IMG/VR virus record: IMGVR_UViG_3300032275_000189
Coordinates: 1-62,447 of that record
Reading direction: 5' to 3' (one strand)
Source: a virus
Lineage: Duplodnaviria; Caudoviricetes
Length of the DNA stretch: 62,447 nucleotides
Below, piece by piece: positions 47,877-57,081 of the stretch; the stretch's first letter is position 1; each line of letters begins with the position of its first letter. The notes under the pieces were generated by a model, which was not told the DNA's origin, made no database searches, and saw nothing but the letters and a program-made list of their open reading frames with translations. The position numbers were made by a program, and so were the translations under genes.

Positions 47877-48314
47877 ATGAAATCGTTTTATCAGTTCTAT
47901 CAGAAAATGCTAAAGGAAGCCGTTCCTGGCGCTCCTCCCGTTCCTGGTCAACCACCAGCCGCTCCTGGCGCTCCTCCGGCTCCTGGTGCTGCTCCTGGAC
48001 AACCAGCCCCAGGTCAGCCGAATGCACCGGCTGCACCAATACAAGGTGGACAAACCGCACCACCAGTGCCTCCGAACCCAATGTCTGATCCTAAAATTGC
48101 TCAGGCGTTCCAGACGATCTCTGGCATTAAAGACCAGAAAATTCAGCAGGCGTTTCAACAATTCCAGAAAGCCGCTGGAATCCAGCCTGGAGGTTCCCCA
48201 CAACAAAGTCCAGCATCGCCGCAAGCTCCGGCTTCTCCAGGTCCAGGACAGCCGCAGGCTCAACCACAGGGTCAGCCGGGTCAACCCGGTCAACCTGGAC
48301 AACCTCAAAGGTAG
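47877..48314 (+). CDS. Pro/Gln/Gly-rich putative internal protein
   Basis: MKSFYQFYQKMLKEA followed by PG/GQP repeats; GAGG RBS. Confidence 0.8.
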   Translation: MKSFYQFYQKMLKEAVPGAPPVPGQPPAAPGAPPAPGAAPGQPAPGQPNAPAAPIQGGQTAPPVPPNPMSDPKIAQAFQTISGIKDQKIQQAFQQFQKAAGIQPGGSPQQSPASPQAPASPGPGQPQAQPQGQPGQPGQPGQPQR

Positions 48315-48421
48315 GCTGAGGCTTGAACAAAGCTGGTTGGTGAACACGGCCAAAGAACATTTGTGGTAATTTCGGTTTCGGGAAAGAAGTTATAGGCGGG
48401 CCAATGATGAACACTGGTTGC

Positions 48422-49270
48422 CTATGACTTCTCTTCTTTATCTTGAATGCCTTCATCTTTCCTCTTCATGACCAATTTGCCACGGAATTTCTTTTTGTTT
48501 TCAATCTTGTTTGCTACGGCATCAATAAACTCTTGAACGCCTTTTGCACCGTTCTTATTGAAAACAGCACTTAGCACCTTGTATTTGTCATCAAAGTTAT
48601 GGCCCAAATGGTCATGCCAATCATTGTTGACAAATCTCTTGCAATATTTACCTAGCTTGTCATCAGTTGTTGCACGCTGGGTTGCTTCAGCAATAGTCAT
48701 TTCTTTAATGTCATAGCTGACCTTCTTGGGAAGAACGAGAGCCTGACCGTATGGTTCGCCCTTCCTAAAGATTAGAGTTTGCCCTGGCATGGGATTTTTG
48801 AAAACCACAAAGAAGATTTTGGGCCACCATTCGGTCTGAATATGGCCCGGCAAACAACAGGGAACTGTGTATGTGGAATCAGTGTAGTACCTTGGGTGAC
48901 ATTCTGTTCTAAGAATGTACCCTGTCGGCACTTTAATATCGAGGGCCGAAGTCATGCCGAAGTGTCCTGGTGCGAAACACATGAAAGGCGGCAAAGAAAC
49001 ATCGGGACATTCTTTTTGTTCTTCGGTGAAATCACCATCAAATACAACTTGGTCATTAACCATGCTGACTCGGCACTCTGTTTCAAATGGGTAACAGAGT
49101 TCCAGTCCATAAGTGGCACCATCAACGAATGGTGGACAATGCCACGGCTGTGGTTTGTCGCCAGTGGCATGATCGTTAGGTTCACCAGCCCAGCCGGGAA
49201 TTTGAAGTTTGATTGGTCGAGGAGGAACGCCCTTGTACCACGACCGATATTTGATTTCGAGCTTATCCAT
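48422..49270 (-). CDS. Hypothetical protein (DUF6065/dUTPase-like beta-clip candidate)
   Basis: CPPFVDG..YGLEL.YP, VPTGY, PG.IQTEWWP, FRKGEP.GQ. Confidence 0.6.
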   Translation of the reverse strand: MDKLEIKYRSWYKGVPPRPIKLQIPGWAGEPNDHATGDKPQPWHCPPFVDGATYGLELCYPFETECRVSMVNDQVVFDGDFTEEQKECPDVSLPPFMCFAPGHFGMTSALDIKVPTGYILRTECHPRYYTDSTYTVPCCLPGHIQTEWWPKIFFVVFKNPMPGQTLIFRKGEPYGQALVLPKKVSYDIKEMTIAEATQRATTDDKLGKYCKRFVNNDWHDHLGHNFDDKYKVLSAVFNKNGAKGVQEFIDAVANKIENKKKFRGKLVMKRKDEGIQDKEEKS

Positions 49271-49309
49271 ATTTGACTTTCACCTGAATAACTAATTATA
49301 GGAGAAACA

Positions 49310-50311
49310 ATGAGCAGCACCAATAACCCAAATCATCAGCAAAGAAATCTGGACAATTGCGCTGTGCCAGGAATTCCTGCGGACGTAAATCTCGATCCTT
49401 CTCCTCCGTACTGTGGCAAAGACCCAGAACGTGACGCAGACAATCGAAGAGGAATCAATGACGACAGTTTGAATTTCCTCAAAGACGAAACAATGAAAAA
49501 AACTGGCTTCGGGTCCAGAGTTGACTGCGACCCGATGCAGCGTGGTTTCATTATTAACGATCTGGAGAATCCTGAGCGGAATGTCCTCTATCGTTATTCT
49601 AAATCAATTCGTGGCACAGATGAAGCCATGTTGGATATGTTTAACAACATTGTCGTCATTGACGAGGACGGCAAGGCTTGGCCAATCCCTGTGATGTTAG
49701 GACCGCCAGAGAAAGCGGTTGCTGCAATCGTGCAAGACAATGTTCATAAGGACGAGACATTAGTTGTTGACCGTCTCAAGTTGCCACTGCTGGCTTTGAC
49801 GCAAACGCAAATTGATTATGATCTTGATCGCTATACATACCACAAAGCAATCAATCTATTTCGCAACAGCAGCAATGGTCGTCCAGGTTTGGCGATTAGC
49901 GAAAAATATAACAAAGACACCATATTCGGTTTGGCAAGAGGCGTTCCAGTAAATATTGGCTATTCAATCACGGCATGGACCATGTACCGTGAAGATATGA
50001 ATCAGATAGTGGAACAAATTCTAACAAAATTCAGCCATGCGGCATACATACGAGTAACAGGTGTCCCTTGGGAGGTCATGGTCAAGCTGGACTCTATTGC
50101 TAACAACCTGGAAGTTGAGCCGGGCGATCAAGCAATTAGAGTAATTAAATACGAATTTAATATGACGGCTCAGACCTATATACCTCAACCGATTGAACGC
50201 AAGAAGGCAGTCCTAAAAATGAAGATTGACTTTGTTGACGGTATGACCGAGGAAGAAATAACTGAGGTTATGGCGAGAATAGAAGAATCTGTCAAGGAAT
50301 TAGAATGCTAG
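49310..50311 (+). CDS. gp15: Tail terminator/sheath stabilizer, T4 gp15-like
   Basis: IPVMLGPPEK, LKLPLLAL...IDYDLDR, PVNIGY, DMNQIVEQIL; lies before the sheath gene. Confidence 0.75.
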   Translation: MSSTNNPNHQQRNLDNCAVPGIPADVNLDPSPPYCGKDPERDADNRRGINDDSLNFLKDETMKKTGFGSRVDCDPMQRGFIINDLENPERNVLYRYSKSIRGTDEAMLDMFNNIVVIDEDGKAWPIPVMLGPPEKAVAAIVQDNVHKDETLVVDRLKLPLLALTQTQIDYDLDRYTYHKAINLFRNSSNGRPGLAISEKYNKDTIFGLARGVPVNIGYSITAWTMYREDMNQIVEQILTKFSHAAYIRVTGVPWEVMVKLDSIANNLEVEPGDQAIRVIKYEFNMTAQTYIPQPIERKKAVLKMKIDFVDGMTEEEITEVMARIEESVKELEC

Positions 50312-50526
50312 AAATAAAAAACAAACAGAAGTTTCCGGTTCAATTAGTCATAAGGTCGAGGACGGCTCCACGCTCTTTCACGGTATTGAATGTACCAGGA
50401 ATAGGTTGCGGAAAAAATATTTATCTTCTCGAAGATGAAAGATCAACTGAATACATAGATAGAGCAGAAAAGGATGGATTGATTTCCACAAGGCACATAC
50501 CAAACAAGTTAAGAAAGGGAGAATAA
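50305..50526 (+). CDS. Small hypothetical protein
   Basis: Operonic, between gp15-like and sheath genes. Confidence 0.65.
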   Translation: MLEIKNKQKFPVQLVIRSRTAPRSFTVLNVPGIGCGKNIYLLEDERSTEYIDRAEKDGLISTRHIPNKLRKGE

Positions 50527-50530
50527 GACT

Positions 50531-52894
50531 ATGGCGATTCTACAGGGGTTCCCGCCTTCTAACACCATTAGCCCAAGTGTTAGAATCACTGAGAAAGACT
50601 TGAGCTACATTGCTCCTGACCAGTCCTTCCACCGTGCGGGCTTGGTCGGCTTTGCTTCTAAGGGTCCAATAAATTTGCCGACTCTTATTGCAACAAACCG
50701 TCAATTGCACGTTACATTTGGCAATCCACACCCGGACGTTGGCGATCCGTTCCTCATTTACGCAGCCGAGCAGTATTTGCTTGTTGCCAATGAGTTATTC
50801 ATCGTTCGAGTTGCGGATACCGATCCGGTCAGTGATGAACAGGCACTATCCGCCACGGTTGATGTTCCTGCTGCTGGCACATTGGTAAAGATTGAATCAG
50901 CTTACGCAGGAGTGAGCGGGTCATATACGTTTGACGCAGACTCATTCTTCCGCTGGAGACTGAATGGCAATCTGTCCGCTAAGACACTGGTTGTCTTGAC
51001 AGGGACTTACTTAGTTCAAGAAGTCGTTGATGACTTGAACACACAACTCGACTTTGAAAACGACGGCATTCAGTTCTACAAGACAGGAACAGGCACAATT
51101 GGTGTTAAAACCATTTGGGCATATGGACCTGACGCTTCTTTGGAATTGGTTTCGGTTCAGGACGCCATTTATGGCAAAACAGTCTTGGCCGGAAACCCAA
51201 CTGGCCTTGGTACTGGCATGACTCAAGCATCGGTTACTGGCTCAATGGCTATGTATCCTAACGTGGCATATCAGACTCCTGGTGTTTACGACTTCACAGG
51301 TCTAACAGGTTTGAATCTTCAGATGGTTGTAGACGGCACGGACAACGTGCTGATCGACGGCGTTGTTCAAGTAATTGACCTGTCGGCTCTCGAAGGCGCA
51401 TCGAATGTCATCGCTGATGTCATTATCGCCATCAATGCTGAAAAGGTTGAAAACGGCGGCACTCTCCCAGGTGGTTGGACGGCTGTAGCAGTTGGCAACA
51501 ACGTACAGTTCAACACAAATCACACTGGAAACGATGCACGTCTTCGCATTAAGCCAGACAGCACAGCAGAAGCACTATTCGGCATCGACACATCAACACA
51601 CGGTGGCTCAAGCCCAGAAGGTGTCACTGGTGCCGTTGGCATTGCAACATACGGTATCGTAACTGGCGCTGTGAACAACACCGGCAGCATCTCGTTCTCC
51701 GTCAATGCTGACAGCCCTGGCATCGAAGGCAGTCAGACTCAGATCAGAATTACAAACGACGTTCGTGAAGACCACTTTATTATCGAAATCTTCAATAACG
51801 GCGTATCGGTAGAAGCATGGGGCAACTTGACAAAGAACCAGACAAGTCGGTTCTATGTTGAAACTTACATGGCTCTGGTTTCGGATTTCATCCGAATCAG
51901 CGACAACACTGCTGAAGGTGCTGGTCCTTTGGACGGTATTTACAGCTTGTCTGGTGGATCGGACGGCATTCCGTCTGACCCGGACTTACAGGACGCTTTG
52001 ATTATCGGCAATCAGATCGGCTACACCGGCATCTACACGATGTCCGAGCCAGAGCAGATCGACATCGACCTCATCGCTGTTCCTGGTCACTCCAGCACCA
52101 GTGTAGTAACGGCCCTGTTGGACTTCTGCCAGAACACCCGTATGGACTGCTTGGCGATCATTGATCCTCCATTCGGTCTGACGGTTGGTGAAATCGTAGC
52201 GTGGCAGAACGGTACTCACCCACTGAACCTCACACGTTTTGACTCGGACTTTGGTGCATTGTACTGGCCTTGGGTTAAGATTCGTGACAACTTCAACCGG
52301 GTTGACGTTTGGGTTCCACCTAGCGGCTCAATCATGGCAGTTATCGCTCGAAGCGATTTCTTGTCGGCTCCTTGGTTTGCTCCGGCTGGTATGAATCGTG
52401 GTATCGTTCCGGCGATCACCGACGTTTACAACCGTCCGACGCTTGCAGAGCGTGACTTGATGTACGGAAATCGTAACTGCATCAACCCAATCGTTCACTT
52501 CAATGATGTTGACGGCTTCTTGGTTTGGGGTCAAAAGACCCTGCAACGCCGCCCAACAGCTTTGGACCGTGTAAACGTGCGTCGATTGATGTTTTACCTA
52601 GAGAAACGAATTCGCTCTGCGAGCCGTCAGCTTCTATTCGATCCAAACGACGAGACGTTCCAGCGCAAGTTTGTAAGCATTGCTTCGCAGATTTTGCGTG
52701 AGGTTCAGGTGGGTCGGGGCGTTACCGACTTCATCATCAAGGCCGATGCTGAATTGAATACTCCTGATGTAATCGACCGTAATGAGTTCCGGGCGCAAAT
52801 TGGCGTTCAGCCAACAAGAGCCGCTGAATTCATCTTCATCGAGTTCTCGATTCACAGAACAGGCAGCTTCACCGAGAACGCAGATACCTTCTAA
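50531..52894 (+). CDS. gp18: Contractile tail sheath protein
   Basis: SPSVRITEKDLS, KGP, LYWPW, PPSG, PWFAPAG..RG, INPI, WGQKTL, DRVNVRRL, EFIFIEF. Confidence 0.95.
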   Translation: MAILQGFPPSNTISPSVRITEKDLSYIAPDQSFHRAGLVGFASKGPINLPTLIATNRQLHVTFGNPHPDVGDPFLIYAAEQYLLVANELFIVRVADTDPVSDEQALSATVDVPAAGTLVKIESAYAGVSGSYTFDADSFFRWRLNGNLSAKTLVVLTGTYLVQEVVDDLNTQLDFENDGIQFYKTGTGTIGVKTIWAYGPDASLELVSVQDAIYGKTVLAGNPTGLGTGMTQASVTGSMAMYPNVAYQTPGVYDFTGLTGLNLQMVVDGTDNVLIDGVVQVIDLSALEGASNVIADVIIAINAEKVENGGTLPGGWTAVAVGNNVQFNTNHTGNDARLRIKPDSTAEALFGIDTSTHGGSSPEGVTGAVGIATYGIVTGAVNNTGSISFSVNADSPGIEGSQTQIRITNDVREDHFIIEIFNNGVSVEAWGNLTKNQTSRFYVETYMALVSDFIRISDNTAEGAGPLDGIYSLSGGSDGIPSDPDLQDALIIGNQIGYTGIYTMSEPEQIDIDLIAVPGHSSTSVVTALLDFCQNTRMDCLAIIDPPFGLTVGEIVAWQNGTHPLNLTRFDSDFGALYWPWVKIRDNFNRVDVWVPPSGSIMAVIARSDFLSAPWFAPAGMNRGIVPAITDVYNRPTLAERDLMYGNRNCINPIVHFNDVDGFLVWGQKTLQRRPTALDRVNVRRLMFYLEKRIRSASRQLLFDPNDETFQRKFVSIASQILREVQVGRGVTDFIIKADAELNTPDVIDRNEFRAQIGVQPTRAAEFIFIEFSIHRTGSFTENADTF

Positions 52895-52935
52895 CAAACT
52901 GGCTCAAATAGAGAGTAGACCACAAGGAGATAATT

Positions 52936-53535
52936 ATGGCAAGATCAGGTGCTGGGCGTGATATGGGATTGGGCCAATTGGCCGGTCCCGATCTAGTCTT
53001 CAAAAGAAAATACAGATGGACATTTGAAGTTCAGCCGTACTGCGGCGGTACAACATCGTTGATCCCTGCTCACTTCGTAAAGTTGGCTTCACGGCCTAAC
53101 CTAACGGTTGAAGAAACGGAAATCAATTTCTTGCATGGCAAGATGTGGATTCCGGGCAAGGGAAGTTGGGAAACCATTACTGTTACTTACTATGACATTG
53201 GTAACGGCGGCAATGGTATCACAGGTTTGTTCAGTTGGTTAGCAACGGTTTACAACTTCACCGATCCAATCGGTCTGCACCAGTCCTCGAAGAGAGGAGC
53301 AGGTCCAGGATCGTCTGGATATTCCGCAGACGGCACATTGTTGCTATTTGATGGTTGCGGTGTTGCAATGGAACAGTGGAACCTAAGTCATATGTGGCCA
53401 CAGGCCATTAACTTTGGCGAACTGGACTATTCTTCTTCGGAAGAAGTAACGGTTGAATTGACGCTTCGCTACAGCGAAGTACAGTATATTCCACTTTGCG
53501 GTGGTCAAGTCAATCCTTGCTGTGCAGGCTGCTAA
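52936..53535 (+). CDS. gp19: Tail tube protein, paralog 1
   Basis: KRKYRW, ASRP, PGK..WETITVT.YD, WPQ.INFGELDYS, LTLRY. Confidence 0.9.
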   Translation: MARSGAGRDMGLGQLAGPDLVFKRKYRWTFEVQPYCGGTTSLIPAHFVKLASRPNLTVEETEINFLHGKMWIPGKGSWETITVTYYDIGNGGNGITGLFSWLATVYNFTDPIGLHQSSKRGAGPGSSGYSADGTLLLFDGCGVAMEQWNLSHMWPQAINFGELDYSSSEEVTVELTLRYSEVQYIPLCGGQVNPCCAGC

Positions 53536-53559
53536 TCGACCTACAGATAGGATATACCC

Positions 53560-54375
53560 ATGCCAAGATCAAGTATACCCGTGCCAAAATCATGGACACC
53601 AAGATCAAGGGATATGGGTCTTGGACATCTTGCGGACTCAGACCTTGTATTCAAGCGCAAATATAGATGGGCGTTTGAAGTACAAGGTCTTGTCCGTGGG
53701 GATGTGCCATCTCATTATGTAAAGCTGGCCGCTCGACCCAACCTCAATGTCGAAGAAACAGAAATCAATTACCTGCATGGAACCGATTGGATTCCAGGTA
53801 AAGGTAAATGGGAAACTATTTCTGTTACCTACTACGACACCAATGCGGTAGCCATGAAACCCCTCTGGGACTGGCTCGCTTCAGTTTACAACTTCACCGA
53901 TGCAGTCGGATTACACCAAGCGTCAACAAGAAGATCATATGCCGGAATGGGTGTATTGAAGCTCTTTGATGGTTGCGGCACGACTATGGAAACGTGGAAA
54001 TTATACAATGTTTGGCCTCAAGGAATCAACTTCGGCGAATTAGATTATTCGTCATCAGAAGAAGTGGATATTGAACTAACCCTGCGATACAGTGCCGTTG
54101 AAGTATTGCAAAATTGCGGTGCGCCAATCAACCCCGCTTGTGGTGGTTGCTTAGGCATTTCCGTTGGCGGCAACAATAGTTTCAACAATTTTCCTTTGAT
54201 GCCACCAGAAACACTCCCGTTGGGAGCAGGAATTGGCAGTGGTCAAGGATCGCTAAATCCAGGATTGGTTGGTGGAAACGTGAACTTTTTATATGCCAAT
54301 GTTGGTCTTGGTGGAATTCCTTTGAATTCTTCTGCCTTGAATATTCAACTAAGAGTCCCTGGAGCAAGGTTTTAA
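53560..54375 (+). CDS. gp19: Tail tube protein, paralog 2 with C-terminal extension
   Basis: Close paralog of the 52936 gene; G/N-rich extension. Confidence 0.88.
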   Translation: MPRSSIPVPKSWTPRSRDMGLGHLADSDLVFKRKYRWAFEVQGLVRGDVPSHYVKLAARPNLNVEETEINYLHGTDWIPGKGKWETISVTYYDTNAVAMKPLWDWLASVYNFTDAVGLHQASTRRSYAGMGVLKLFDGCGTTMETWKLYNVWPQGINFGELDYSSSEEVDIELTLRYSAVEVLQNCGAPINPACGGCLGISVGGNNSFNNFPLMPPETLPLGAGIGSGQGSLNPGLVGGNVNFLYANVGLGGIPLNSSALNIQLRVPGARF

Positions 54376-54383
54376 GGTAAATC

Positions 54384-55028
54384 ATGGCACGTAGCGGCAA
54401 CGGCAGAAACATGGGCTTTGACTTTGGGCTAGAAGACCCAAATGCTTGCTTCAAAAGAAAGAACCGCTGGTTATTCAAAATTGAAGACGTGAGCGCAGAC
54501 GGAGTAAGTTCTTTACCTCCATCTAAGGCTGCACGTCCTTCGCTGTCCTTCAAGGAAATTGAAGTTCAACACTTAAATGAAACAGTGTATTATCCTGGCA
54601 AACCTGAATGGAAGCCAATAACACTGACTCTTTATGATCTGAAGAAAAATTCACTCAATCCCGTATTTGAATGGCTGTCCGAGCTTTATGATCCACGATC
54701 CAACAGTCAATACGGACCATCATGTGATGGATTCAAGAAGCCACAAGCCACGTTAGAACTTTACGATGGATGTGGCACAAAGATTGAAACTTGGGTTTTC
54801 GAGACTGTTTGGCCGCAGGCCGTAGAATTTGGCGACTTAGATATGTCCACCAGTGAACTAATCACTTGCGATTTAACCCTCAGATATGACCGAGCTTACA
54901 TCGAAAATGGCGGTGGCGGCGGTGGCGGTGGTGGTGGTGGTGGTGGTGGTGGTGGTTCTGCTGCACTAAGCTATCAAGAATTTTTAAGACTACAGCGTGA
55001 AAGAAATAGAAATTTGATTATTACTTAA
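54384..55028 (+). CDS. Tail tube-like protein, paralog 3 with poly-Gly linker
   Basis: KRKNRW, ARPS, PGKPEW.PITLTLYD, WPQAVEFGDLD, LTLRYD. Confidence 0.85.
   Translation: MARSGNGRNMGFDFGLEDPNACFKRKNRWLFKIEDVSADGVSSLPPSKAARPSLSFKEIEVQHLNETVYYPGKPEWKPITLTLYDLKKNSLNPVFEWLSELYDPRSNSQYGPSCDGFKKPQATLELYDGCGTKIETWVFETVWPQAVEFGDLDMSTSELITCDLTLRYDRAYIENGGGGGGGGGGGGGGGGSAALSYQEFLRLQRERNRNLIIT
54910..54957 (+). repeat. GGT/GGC trinucleotide tract (16 Gly)
   Basis: Visible directly. Confidence 0.9.
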
Positions 55029-55303
55029 TCTTCGCCATCTTTTTCTTCCTCTTCTTCCTCTTCTTCGCTCATTTCTCTTTTCAATAGTTCTTGACATGCG
55101 TTTATTGCATCTTCAAGTTCTTTCGGTTTACATTTGAGAACACGGCAGGCTCCACTTTTGTTGAGTCTGCCTTTTTTTGTGTATACTTTGCCGTCGTTTA
55201 GCAGGAAGGCATCAACAAGATTGCCGTACCCACTATCAATCAACTTTTGAATCAGTTCCTGATTCTCAAGTTGAGCGAATGAATTACTGATATAATTTAC
55301 CAT
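55025..55303 (-). CDS. Small hypothetical protein with acidic tail
   Basis: GAGG RBS; YTKKGRLNKSGACR. Confidence 0.7.
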   Translation of the reverse strand: MVNYISNSFAQLENQELIQKLIDSGYGNLVDAFLLNDGKVYTKKGRLNKSGACRVLKCKPKELEDAINACQELLKREMSEEEEEEEEKDGED

Positions 55304-55385
55304 ATTCCTCACAATCAAGAAAAAAGACCAGGGCAACTATCTACCCTGGTCTGCTTAAAGAATTCTAGTTCTTTACAACCACGAA

Positions 55386-55934
55386 TCAAGAGTCATTAAA
55401 AATATTGTGCTTTTTGTATATGCTTTTTCCCTTCGATGCTGGTAGTTGTTGGTCCATTTGAATCTGCAAGAAATCGAGGTACTTACGCTTTAGTTCATTG
55501 TAGTTTCGGGCGGTTCGATATAGTTGTCTAAAGTGGTTTAGTATGCAGGTAGTCATATAGTTGAACGCTTTCCCCTTTTTAGGATCGAAGCGATCAATCT
55601 TCTCAAAGCAAATCATGACGCCTTCTTGTACTGCGTCATCCTGGTCAATGAGATTGAACTTTGCGTAACGTACAATATTCTGTGACAGAGTGTAAAACGC
55701 TAATGCCAATTCGTCTTGTACCTGTGAGAACTCAAAAGCTACAACATGATAGGTCTTTTCAATGGCGACCCATGCGGCAGGCTTCTGGTACTTACCCCGC
55801 TTTAACGTCCTTTGTTCAGTTGCGGCGATGTCATCCATAAACATCTGGTATTTGGTACGTTCTTTCTTGGCTTGCTGGAATTTCACAATCAGACTCTCGA
55901 ACGTCTTATTGTTTAGATATTCTGTTGTTGCCAT
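55386..55934 (-). CDS. gp55: Late-transcription sigma factor, T4 gp55-like
   Basis: YLNNKTF, DDAVQEGVMICFEKIDRFDPKKGKAFNYMTT (sigma region 2 only). Confidence 0.8.
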   Translation of the reverse strand: MATTEYLNNKTFESLIVKFQQAKKERTKYQMFMDDIAATEQRTLKRGKYQKPAAWVAIEKTYHVVAFEFSQVQDELALAFYTLSQNIVRYAKFNLIDQDDAVQEGVMICFEKIDRFDPKKGKAFNYMTTCILNHFRQLYRTARNYNELKRKYLDFLQIQMDQQLPASKGKSIYKKHNIFNDS

Positions 55935-56004
55935 CAAGCTCCTTGAGGCCCCGCAAGGGGGTCCGTGATAAAGAAATTGGGGTATCTATTTACTGCGCCT
56001 ATAG

Positions 56005-56853
56005 TCATTTCTCGCTCGCTTGCTCCCAACTTCTCAGTCTTTCAAGAGCTTCAATCTTGGCATCCTCGTACCATTTGTTGACTACTTCGTAGTAGTCCGG
56101 GCTGTATAACTTGCCCGAAGTGAAACTACGAAGATGGTCAATGTTCTCGTCTTTCTTTCTTTCAAAGTTCTGTTCACTACCGATCAAATGTGGTTTGATC
56201 TTGAACGATCTCAAAATGTAATTGCCCAATATCTCCGTGTCCGGCCATTGAGGACGAGAGACATTGGGTCTGTAATCTTGAATGTTGTAATAGTTACACA
56301 ATCTTCTCATGCTCCAGCCAAATCCAATTCGGTCCATAGTTGGCATGTGATACATGCTGGCTGTGTGGGAAACCATCCCGTGCCAATCTGCATGGCAACG
56401 TGGACTGATTTCGTATCCAACAACAGGTGATTTGCTTGGGCATAAGGTTGTGAGATGTTCTACGAAATCACGCCGACGTAAAAAAACATCGGCGTGAGTA
56501 GCAAATAAAAGTTCGGTGCGGCACAAGCTAAAGGCCATATCCATTGCCATAGCCGGGAAGTCAGAAGGGTGCAACACACCATTTAACCGGATAGCGTGTA
56601 CTTCCACGTCTTCGTCACGAAGAGTCTCAATTTGAGCATATTGCTCTGGAGAGCTTCCTGTGTCGATAATCAATACATATGGTCGCTCTGTTTGCATTTG
56701 CAATGAGCGAACACATATTTCTAGCTGTTCATAAGTATCAAGAACCGGCACCACCGCCGTCACACGATACTGCCAAGGCTTCTTAGTGCAATTGCCCTCC
56801 CAAGGTTGTTGCCATTGGGGAACATTTCTAAGTGGGGCCAAATCCTTTTTCAC
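56005..56853 (-). CDS. GT2-family glycosyltransferase
   Basis: VTAVVP, IIDTGS, THAD, DTE. Confidence 0.8.
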   Translation of the reverse strand: MKKDLAPLRNVPQWQQPWEGNCTKKPWQYRVTAVVPVLDTYEQLEICVRSLQMQTERPYVLIIDTGSSPEQYAQIETLRDEDVEVHAIRLNGVLHPSDFPAMAMDMAFSLCRTELLFATHADVFLRRRDFVEHLTTLCPSKSPVVGYEISPRCHADWHGMVSHTASMYHMPTMDRIGFGWSMRRLCNYYNIQDYRPNVSRPQWPDTEILGNYILRSFKIKPHLIGSEQNFERKKDENIDHLRSFTSGKLYSPDYYEVVNKWYEDAKIEALERLRSWEQASEK

Positions 56854-56874
56854 TTGTGTCGCTCTATTTCATTT

Positions 56875-57081
56875 ATGGAAATATATCAGATACTACTTGC
56901 CATATTGGACAAGCCCAATGTGCCGAAGTTCTATCGTGAGCTTCGACAACACTACCAAAACATTGGTATGCAACATGAGGCATCTGCCATCAGTCACTTA
57001 ATAGAGAAGAAGTTCGAGAAAAAAGATGTCAGCACCCTTAACGATCTACCTGATAATCAGGAACAACGAAGCGACGATTGA
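56875..57081 (+). CDS. Small hypothetical protein
   Basis: Overlaps the start of the next gene. Confidence 0.5.
   Translation: MEIYQILLAILDKPNVPKFYRELRQHYQNIGMQHEASAISHLIEKKFEKKDVSTLNDLPDNQEQRSDD

Noticed and set aside
49310-55028. Bacterial eCIS or tailocin rather than phage
   Set aside because: gp13/gp14-like neck genes, a gp55-like sigma, homing endonucleases and phage-type gene density indicate a phage
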